From the NCBI GenBank assembly GCA_964536865.1, contig CAZHYN010000002.1, positions 30,001 to 62,000 of the forward strand: a stretch of 32,000 bases of DNA. Direction: 5' to 3'. Origin of the DNA: an uncultured Planctomycetia bacterium (GTDB lineage Bacteria; Omnitrophota; Gorgyraeia; Duberdicusellales; 4484-171). Of the stretch, positions 8,258 to 15,106 are shown piece by piece; the first letter of the stretch is position 1, and every line of letters starts with the position of its first letter. The position numbers and the translations under genes are program-made. The notes beneath the pieces are model-generated. The model saw only the letters and a list, made by a program, of their open reading frames with translations, did not search any database and was not told the origin of the DNA.

Positions 8258-9122
8258 TAAACAGTAAAATTTTTTCTCCTACTCTAGCTCCTACTTCTTT
8301 TGCCACCACAGAACATTTTGCCATAAATAGAAAAAAGATACAATCTCTTTTTCTCCATAAAGCCTCAAAGTTTCCCTGCCCTTTACTGATAATCATATCC
8401 GCTTTTTTATAAATTTTTAGAAAATCTTGGGAACATAAACTTAGAACGGTTCCGGGAGCATCACAACCAGAAGAGATAACTTGAGCTACCTTATCAATTC
8501 CACAAAAATAGGCATCAGAAATTAAAGCATCATTAATTATTGGTCTTTCCCTTACTACATAAATTATTTTTTTATGGGGATACAAACTTTTTATCTCCTC
8601 TATCAATACTTTATCAAAAACAACCTCCCCGGCATTATCTGCCAGATATAAAATAGAATGTGCTTCTTTTAAGGCTTTTTTAAACTCTTTATACTTAAAA
8701 AATTTACTGTTTATTTTGTTTAAAGAAATTTGCTTTTTCATATCTTTCATACTCTCTTTGCCAAAATCAGAACCCACTCCATAATCAATAATATTTCCTG
8801 CAATTGCTAATTCTACAGCTTTCTGTAATCTATCAGAAGAATGACAAACTTTCTTTTTTAAATAAGGATAAATTTTTAAAGCTGAATAATTACTTTTTCT
8901 CTTTATTTGAAAATAAGGGTCTTCTTCTTTTATTATCTTTTTTACAATATTATGAATGGTTTTTCCCATCAAAGGAGGAGGGTTATTTAAAGAAAATTTA
9001 ATTATTGCTTTCGCTATCTCATCAAAAATTTCTTTCTGTTTATCCTTTGAAACTTTAAGTATTTTGCTAATTTCTAATGCCTGCCTGAAAAAACAGGGAA
9101 TGCACTCAAGATATGTTTTCAT
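8244..9122 (-). CDS. DUF89 / ARMT1-like damage-control phosphatase family protein
   Basis: The N-terminus is CIPCFFRQALE. The motifs DNAGEVVFD and SKGQGNFE are typical of DUF89. Confidence 0.8.
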   Translation of the reverse strand: MKTYLECIPCFFRQALEISKILKVSKDKQKEIFDEIAKAIIKFSLNNPPPLMGKTIHNIVKKIIKEEDPYFQIKRKSNYSALKIYPYLKKKVCHSSDRLQKAVELAIAGNIIDYGVGSDFGKESMKDMKKQISLNKINSKFFKYKEFKKALKEAHSILYLADNAGEVVFDKVLIEEIKSLYPHKKIIYVVRERPIINDALISDAYFCGIDKVAQVISSGCDAPGTVLSLCSQDFLKIYKKADMIISKGQGNFEALWRKRDCIFFLFMAKCSVVAKEVGARVGEKILLFNADS

Positions 9123-9918
9123 TTTCTAAAAAATTAAGTATTTTCTCCAAAATCTCACCAATTCCAGTCTTGTCTTCTTTAAAATTTAAAAGCTTTCCCT
9201 CATCAGAAAATTTTACTATTAAAGGAGTAAAAGGAATTCTTCCTAAAAAAACAAGATTAAAATCCCTGGCTAATTTTTCTCCCCCTCCTTTCCCAAATAA
9301 ATCTATCTTTCTCCCACACCAGGGACATATAAGTGAACTCATATTCTCAATTATCCCTATAATAGGGATTTTTAATTCTTTAGCAAAAGAAATAGCTTTT
9401 TTTACATCTAAAAGTGCTACTTCCTGAGGCGTAGTAACAATTATTGCTCCACTGATATCAGGAATAAATTGTGCCACACTTAAAGGTTCGTCTCCTGTCC
9501 CTGGAGGAGCATCAATAATTAAAAAGTCTAAATCTCCCCATAAAGTATCTGCCAGAAACTGTCTTATCAAAGTTGTTCTTAAAGGACCTCGCCAGATTAC
9601 CGGCTGACTCTCATTATCTAAAACCAGAGCCATACTTACAATTTTTAAACCAGGCACAACCTCTAAGGGTTTAATTTTTGAATCTACTGCTTCAAGCCTT
9701 TCTTTTTCCCCAAACATCTTGGCAATATTTGGCCCACATACATCCGCATCTAAAATACCCACTTTATAATTTCTCCTCACCAAACCCGTCGCTAAAATCA
9801 CTGAAACTGTGGTCTTCCCTACCCCACCTTTTCCACTGATAACAAGTAATCTATGCTTTATCCTGGATAAATTATCCCTGATTGCCTCTAAAATTGACTC
9901 AAAATTTTTATCTTTCAT
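9106..9918 (-). CDS. mrp: Mrp/NBP35 family Fe-S cluster carrier ATPase
   Basis: A deviant Walker A GKGGVGKTT is present, together with DAD..GPN, IIDAPPGTGDE and the CPWCG (CxxC) motif followed by FG.GGG. Confidence 0.9.
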   Translation of the reverse strand: MKDKNFESILEAIRDNLSRIKHRLLVISGKGGVGKTTVSVILATGLVRRNYKVGILDADVCGPNIAKMFGEKERLEAVDSKIKPLEVVPGLKIVSMALVLDNESQPVIWRGPLRTTLIRQFLADTLWGDLDFLIIDAPPGTGDEPLSVAQFIPDISGAIIVTTPQEVALLDVKKAISFAKELKIPIIGIIENMSSLICPWCGRKIDLFGKGGGEKLARDFNLVFLGRIPFTPLIVKFSDEGKLLNFKEDKTGIGEILEKILNFLENENIS

Positions 9919-9964
9919 TTAAAGGGAATTTTCTCCTCAGGCTCTTACCATTTTCATCCCACAC

Positions 9965-10132
9965 TTAGGATAACTTACTGCATAACAAGAAATGTCTCTT
10001 TGATAAATTAGGAGCATCAACAATTTCTTTACTGAGAACTTTATTATTTTCTATTTCAAAGAAACCAAACTGAAGACATCTTCCAAAATAGAAAGAAATT
10101 TTACCACCTTCCAGAGGAATTGCAATCTTCAT
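9965..10132 (-). pseudogene. truncated remnant of a NifB/NifX-type (dinitrogenase FeMo-cofactor-binding domain) small protein
   Basis: A 55-codon ORF below the track cutoff reads MKIAIPLEGGKISFYFGRCLQFGFFEIENNKVLSKEIVDAPN.... This matches the family N-terminus (MKIA.P...G.....HFG.....F.......). A shifted frame then reads ..CGMKMVRA (like the GGMG.RA motif) before a stop. Only 214 nt lie between this ATG and the mrp start, which is too short for a full domain. Confidence 0.45.
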
Positions 10133-10148
10133 TTTTTCAAGATATTAT

Positions 10149-10370
10149 CTATTTCTCAATTTCTTTTATCCTTTTCTCAATCATCTCTATCTGCTGCTTT
10201 AGGAAATTTAATTCTTCTTCTTTTGAAAGAGCTTGACGCTAAGGTGGAAACATATTTTAAATTTTTCAATCGCTCCTTTTAACTTTCAATCCCACTAGTC
10301 CAGTAATTACTTTTACTTAAGCTTGTTGAAATACAAAAAAGGCATTAGGTCCTACATTTCCTGTAAGCAA
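10149..10370 (-). pseudogene. decayed remnant of a DUF5320-like small protein (tentative)
   Basis: The frame 10238-10149 reads RQALSKEEELNFLKQQIEMIEKRIKEIEK*. This resembles the coiled-coil tail typical of DUF5320, and a TAG lies immediately upstream of it. Around 10370, GAGAGGAG plus TTG opens MLTGNVGPNAFF.., like the TG..GP N-terminus, and stops after 17 aa. Frames in between are broken. Confidence 0.3.
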
Positions 10371-10479
10371 AACTTAACTCCTCTCTTCTTCTTTTTCTCG
10401 CAGGTAGGGTTCTAATATTGAAAAGTTTCCACGGTAGGAGTATTATAACAGAAGATTGGAAAAAAAATTAATTTTTTTC

Positions 10480-10509
10480 TTGAAAAATCCAAAATTTCTG
10501 TTTTAATAT
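10480..10509 (+). promoter_or_regulatory. candidate sigma70-like promoter of the spe operon: TTGAAA-N18-TAATAT
   Basis: TTGAAA lies at 10480-10485 and TAATAT at 10504-10509. A strong SD (GGGGGG, 10546-10551) precedes the ATG at 10553. The AT-rich context makes chance matches likely. Confidence 0.35.
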
Positions 10510-10552
10510 AATTGAAAATTTATGAATTTAAATATAATATCAGTTAGGGGGG

Positions 10553-10927
10553 ATGAAAAAGGAGTTTTGTTCTACTAACGGATTCGTAAAATTTGCAGGA
10601 ACCCATCTCATTATAGAACTCCGAAGGGCAAAAAATCTTTCCTCTCTTTCCACTATAAAAAAAATCTTAGAAGACGCAGTTAAGGCTTGTGGAGCAACCC
10701 TCCTAAAAATAAATCTCCATAAATTTTCTCCCTATGGAGGTATCTCAGGAGTAGCGATAATAAAAGAATCTCATCTTAGTATCCACTCTTGGCCAGAATA
10801 TGGATACGCTGCTATAGATATATTTGTCTGTGGAACAGTAAACCCTTATAAAGCTATTCCTGTAATTAAAAAAGGATTTAATACTGAAGATATTCAAGTA
10901 GTAGAAGTTAAACGAGGTGTCCTTTAG
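10553..10927 (+). CDS. speH: S-adenosylmethionine decarboxylase proenzyme, small class 1 (pyruvoyl) type
   Basis: 124 aa. The canonical self-processing and active-site stretch KESHLSIHSWPE is present, followed by AIDIFVCG. Confidence 0.9.
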   Translation: MKKEFCSTNGFVKFAGTHLIIELRRAKNLSSLSTIKKILEDAVKACGATLLKINLHKFSPYGGISGVAIIKESHLSIHSWPEYGYAAIDIFVCGTVNPYKAIPVIKKGFNTEDIQVVEVKRGVL

Positions 10928-11767
10928 ATGTGGTATACAGAGACTTTATATCCAGATATAAAACTCCAACTGAAAGGTAAACTTCTCTATCGAAGAAAAA
11001 CTCCTTACCAAGATTTAAGAATCTATCGCACTCAAAGATTTGGAAATACCCTTGTTCTTGATGGTGCTACCCAAACTACAGAAGGAGACGAATTCATTTA
11101 TCACGAGATGATTACTCACCCTGTAATGCTACTTTCGCCCAACCCTCAAAAAGTCCTAGTTATTGGGGGAGGAGATGGAGGAGTAATAAGAGAAGTAGTA
11201 AAGTACAAAACAGTTAAGGAAGTTTATTTAGTAGAAATAGATCAACATGTAATTACTGCCTCAAAAAAATATCTAAAAACTATCTGTAAAAATTCCTTCC
11301 GAGACAGGCGAGTAAAAATAATAATTGATGATGGAGCAAAATTCTTAAGACAGACGAAAGAGAAATTTGATATTGTTATAGTCGATTCTCCTGATCCGAT
11401 AGGATGTGCAAAAATCCTATTCTCTAAGAAGTTTTACCAAGATATATTCTCTGTACTAAAGAATAATGGATTAATGATTAGGCAAGCTGGCTCAACTATT
11501 CTTCAGAAAGAAGAGCTAAAGGAGAATTGGCAAATTCTAAAGAGAATATTTCCTTACTTTTGGCTTCATCTTATTGCTGTGCCTACCTACATCGGGGGGC
11601 TATTTACCCTCATAGTAGGATCAAAGAAAATAGACCTCTTTAATGTTAGTATTGATCTTTTAGAAAGGAGAATGAGAATTTTAAAGATTAAGACAAATTA
11701 CTATAATCCTTATATCCATATGGGAAGTGCAATGCTTCCTGAATATGTAAAAAAGATACTAAGATGA
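10928..11767 (+). CDS. speE: spermidine synthase (aminopropyltransferase)
   Basis: Motifs YQ.L.I......G..LVLDG..Q.TE.DEFIYHEM, GGGDGG..RE and VDSPDP are present. The gene starts directly after the speH TAG. Confidence 0.93.
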   Translation: MWYTETLYPDIKLQLKGKLLYRRKTPYQDLRIYRTQRFGNTLVLDGATQTTEGDEFIYHEMITHPVMLLSPNPQKVLVIGGGDGGVIREVVKYKTVKEVYLVEIDQHVITASKKYLKTICKNSFRDRRVKIIIDDGAKFLRQTKEKFDIVIVDSPDPIGCAKILFSKKFYQDIFSVLKNNGLMIRQAGSTILQKEELKENWQILKRIFPYFWLHLIAVPTYIGGLFTLIVGSKKIDLFNVSIDLLERRMRILKIKTNYYNPYIHMGSAMLPEYVKKILR

Positions 11768-12120
11768 AGAAAATATACGGTTACGAACTGATAATGGATC
11801 TCTTTGAATGCAATGAGGAAATAATTACTTCTAAGGTGAAGCTTAAAGAGTATATAGATAGATTATGCAAACTAATAAAAATGGAAAAATATGGAAAGGC
11901 TTTAATTCCTTATTTTGGAGAAAAAAGCCCACATACCAAAGGATATTCGTTAGTACAGCTAATAGAAACCAGTTCCATTACCGGCCATTTTTCTGACATC
12001 TGGCGATCTGCTTACATAAACATCTTCTCTTGTAAAAAATTCAATCCCGAAATTACTCTCCAATTTACTAAAAAATTCTTCCAAGCCAAAAGAGTAAAAC
12101 ATCGTTTTATTATCCGTTAA
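11764..12120 (+). CDS. second AdoMetDC-fold (SpeH-like) protein, divergent; substrate unknown
   Basis: 118 aa, colinear with the SpeH upstream. Paired stretches are GTHLIIEL/GYELIMDL, ESHLSIHSWPE/ETSSITGHFSD and AAIDIFVCG/AYINIFSCK. It has a 4 nt ATGA overlap with speE. Confidence 0.65.
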   Translation: MKKIYGYELIMDLFECNEEIITSKVKLKEYIDRLCKLIKMEKYGKALIPYFGEKSPHTKGYSLVQLIETSSITGHFSDIWRSAYINIFSCKKFNPEITLQFTKKFFQAKRVKHRFIIR

Positions 12121-12421
12121 CTATCTTTGCATTCCTTATTATAATTCCCTTAGGAAGATTTTTAGCCAGCTTTATCCTGAACAACTCTTCGTCAACCTTT
12201 TCTCTAAAGTGGAAAGTCACCTCAATATCCCCTCTTTCTCCTAACTTAAGAGCTTTATTAAAACTCATCTTAACCCGAGGATTAAACCCTTGAGTAAAAA
12301 ATATAGGTAATTGAGTCCTCCTCAGAGCTCTCTCTAGAATCCTAACTAAATCTAGTTGAGAAAAATACCTCATAATCCCTTCTTTTCTAATAGTTACTCT
12401 AATTTTAAATCTCTTATCCAC
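12110..12421 (-). CDS. DUF2344 / TIGR03936-type radical-SAM-linked protein, short (about half-length) form
   Basis: RYFSQLDLVRILERALRRTQLPIFFTQGFNPRVKMSF matches the conserved DUF2344 N-terminal half. The ORF is only 103 aa and has an 8 nt overlap with the upstream radical SAM gene. Confidence 0.7.
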   Translation of the reverse strand: MDKRFKIRVTIRKEGIMRYFSQLDLVRILERALRRTQLPIFFTQGFNPRVKMSFNKALKLGERGDIEVTFHFREKVDEELFRIKLAKNLPKGIIIRNAKIVNG

Positions 12422-14042
12422 GCCAGCTTATGTGAGACCAACTAAAATTACTAACAAATGGCAATAAATACCATCGATAATCTAACTTTTCTTCTCTAAA
12501 TGCCTCCTCCCATGGTCTCCAGTTAAAATGCTCTGTATAGGAATCAAGCTTCGCTCCTTTAAGAAAAGCTCTGTGAATAACTCTAGAGAGTCTTCTATCT
12601 CCTCGAGAAAGCACTGCTTCTATAACTCTCTGCTTAATATTAGAGATAGAAAGTTTTATATTCCCTCTTCTGAGAGCTTTAAGAAGGAGTTTTCTCTTTC
12701 TATAAAGAAGATTCTCTCTCTCCATTGCTACATCTTGGAATGAAGAAAAAGGTCTAGGCACAAACACATTTATACTTACATGAACTCTTATTTTAAGCTC
12801 TTTAGCTATCTTTCTTGTTAACTCTCCTATAGAAACTAAATCTTCCTCTTCTTCGCCAGGAAGACCAAACATAAAGTAAAGTTTGATGTGTCTTAAATTT
12901 AGTGACTTCAATATTTCTTCAGCTTCCAAGAAAGTATCAACATCAATTCTTTTATTTATCTTCTCTCTTAACTGAGGTGTTCCTGCCTCTATTGCTAGAG
13001 TAAGAGAGGCCTTTTTTACTTTGAGGAGTTTCTTATAGAGCCTAGTTACTAAATCTTCTACTCTTAGAGAAGGTAAAGATATCCCTACCTTTTCCTTATT
13101 AAATAAGCCCTCAGCTCTCTCTACTAACTCCTCTATATGGGAGTAATCGGAAGCGGAAAGAGCTAATAGAGAAAAATTCTCATATCCACTGTTTTTGTAA
13201 ACTGCTTCCATAATCTTTAAAATCTTTTCCACTTTCTTCTCTCGGTAAGGATAATAGAAACAACGTGCTTGACAGAAGTGACAACGGTTGGGACAACCAC
13301 GAGCAATTTCTATCTGAGCGCGATCGTGAATAATTTCGGTATAAGGAGTAAGCCAATTTACAGGATAATAAACGCTATTTAAATCTTTTACATAAATCTT
13401 CTTTAGAGGGAGTTGAGCGTACTTATACTTCTTAGAAAAGTAATAATTTCTTCCTTTTACTTCTACATAATAAAATTTTGGTACATAAAACCCCTCTATT
13501 TCCCCTAAGGCTCTGAGACGTGATTCCTTGTCTCTATATTTTCTTAGAATAGAAACAAATTCTGTCAATTTCTCCTCAAATTCTCCTAAGAAAAACACAT
13601 CTACAAATTCTGCCAGAGGTTCGGGGTTAGATATACCTCCTCCCAGAACAATAATTCTTTTTCTCTCCTCTCCTCTAAGAGGAACTCCTCCTAACTTAAG
13701 CATATAGAGAAAGTTGGTAAAATTTAATTCATAACTAAGATTGAATCCTATAACATCGAAACTAGATAAAGGTAACTTACTCTCTAAAGAAAACAACTTC
13801 TTTTTCCTCCTCTCTAAATAACCTCCTAAATCCAAACCCGGGAAAAATACCCGCTCGCAGACTACGTCGCTGAATTCATTAAACATAGCATAAAGTATTC
13901 TCACCCCTAAATTACTCATTCCTACTTCATATAGATCAGGAAAACAAATAGCTACTTTTATTTTTCTCCAATGTTTCTTCCTGATAACATTCCACTCATT
14001 ATCCAGATACCTCTGAGGCTTCTGGAAATGTAACCAGTTCAT
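12414..14042 (-). CDS. TIGR03960-family B12-binding-domain radical SAM protein (function unknown)
   Basis: The N-terminal region FPDLYEVGMSNLGVRILY is present, together with the radical SAM cluster motif CPNRCHFCQ. The gene is 542 aa and has a 4 nt overlap with rodA. Confidence 0.85.
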   Translation of the reverse strand: MNWLHFQKPQRYLDNEWNVIRKKHWRKIKVAICFPDLYEVGMSNLGVRILYAMFNEFSDVVCERVFFPGLDLGGYLERRKKKLFSLESKLPLSSFDVIGFNLSYELNFTNFLYMLKLGGVPLRGEERKRIIVLGGGISNPEPLAEFVDVFFLGEFEEKLTEFVSILRKYRDKESRLRALGEIEGFYVPKFYYVEVKGRNYYFSKKYKYAQLPLKKIYVKDLNSVYYPVNWLTPYTEIIHDRAQIEIARGCPNRCHFCQARCFYYPYREKKVEKILKIMEAVYKNSGYENFSLLALSASDYSHIEELVERAEGLFNKEKVGISLPSLRVEDLVTRLYKKLLKVKKASLTLAIEAGTPQLREKINKRIDVDTFLEAEEILKSLNLRHIKLYFMFGLPGEEEEDLVSIGELTRKIAKELKIRVHVSINVFVPRPFSSFQDVAMERENLLYRKRKLLLKALRRGNIKLSISNIKQRVIEAVLSRGDRRLSRVIHRAFLKGAKLDSYTEHFNWRPWEEAFREEKLDYRWYLLPFVSNFSWSHISWRG

Positions 14043-15106
14043 TGCTTACTAATATTAAAAACAACTCCTAAAAGAAAAAAATTGAAGAAAAGGTGGGTCC
14101 CTCCATAGCTTAAGAAAACTAAAGGGAGTCCAACTATAGGTAACATCCCTATGCTCATTCCTATATTTATGAAGATATGCAGAAAAAATAGATAAGCTGT
14201 ACCTATCAAAATATATCGGCCAAAATCGTCTTTGACTTCTTTAGTAATAGCAAGTATGTTTTTTAATATTAGATAGTAGATAATTAAAAGAAAAAGAGAA
14301 CCTACCAACCCCCACTCTTCTGCCACAACCGTAAAGATGAAATCCGTATGACGCTCAGGGAGGAAGTTAAACTGATTTTGAGTTCCGGAAAGAAATCCCT
14401 TACCTATAATCTTTCCTGAACCAATAGCAATCTTTGACTGTAAAATTGTATATCCCGCTCCTAAAGGTTCACAGTTAGGATTCAAAAAAACAAGAAGTCT
14501 TTTTTTCTGATAGTCCTTAAGGAAATGCCACCCCAACGGTGTAATAAGTAGACCTGTAATTAGACAAAGAGTAAAGTATTTCTTCTTTATGGAAGAAGAA
14601 AAACCCATAAGAAAAAATAGAAAAATACATATAAGAGCAGTACCTAAATCAGGCTGTTTAAAAATGAGGAAAGAACTTAACAGGACTAACCCCAAAGGAA
14701 ACAATACTTTCTTAGTAAAAATATTTTTATCAGAACTCTGGGAGAAGAATCTTGCTAAGATAAGCACTGTTACTACCTTAGAAAACTCTGAAGGTTGAAA
14801 ATTCACACCGAGAAAGGAAAACCACCTTCTTGCTCCCATAACCTCTCTACCTAATAACTTCACTCCTATAAGAAGCGCTAAGTTCAATATATAAAGAAAA
14901 ATGCTTAAGTCAAAGTATAGTCTGTAGTTTACAAAAGAGAAAGAAAATAAAACCACCCATCCAATAGTTATCCAAGCTATCTGTCGATAAAGAATGTGTT
15001 CATTTGTGAACTCCCCCGCCTGATGAAGGGAACTGTAAAGAGAAAGAATACTCCATACATTGAGAGTAACTATACAAATGACAATCACCAATCTTATTCG
15101 ACTCAT
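14039..15106 (-). CDS. rodA: rod shape-determining SEDS glycosyltransferase RodA
   Basis: FtsW/RodA/SpoVE family with about 10 TM segments. Motifs RW...G..FQPSEF.K, PDLGT and LPE.HTDFIF....EEWG are present. It lies directly after mrdA. Confidence 0.9.
   Translation of the reverse strand: MSRIRLVIVICIVTLNVWSILSLYSSLHQAGEFTNEHILYRQIAWITIGWVVLFSFSFVNYRLYFDLSIFLYILNLALLIGVKLLGREVMGARRWFSFLGVNFQPSEFSKVVTVLILARFFSQSSDKNIFTKKVLFPLGLVLLSSFLIFKQPDLGTALICIFLFFLMGFSSSIKKKYFTLCLITGLLITPLGWHFLKDYQKKRLLVFLNPNCEPLGAGYTILQSKIAIGSGKIIGKGFLSGTQNQFNFLPERHTDFIFTVVAEEWGLVGSLFLLIIYYLILKNILAITKEVKDDFGRYILIGTAYLFFLHIFINIGMSIGMLPIVGLPLVFLSYGGTHLFFNFFLLGVVFNISKQ

Noticed and set aside
10244-10432. An 8 bp inverted repeat GTGGAAAC (10244-10251) / GTTTCCAC (10425-10432) in the large intergenic region, possibly marking MITE-like termini.
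   Set aside because: The match does not extend beyond 8 bp, I saw no target-site duplication, and no second copy was noticed elsewhere in the window. It lies within the presumed decayed DUF5320-like remnant. It is compatible with chance.
10260-10552. A possible SAM or polyamine-responsive riboswitch or leader upstream of speH.
   Set aside because: The region is extremely AT-rich with no conserved SAM-I/SAM-II-like core (no GAGGGA...GCAACC-type elements) and no convincing stems. The candidate promoter leaves only a leader of about 40 nt.
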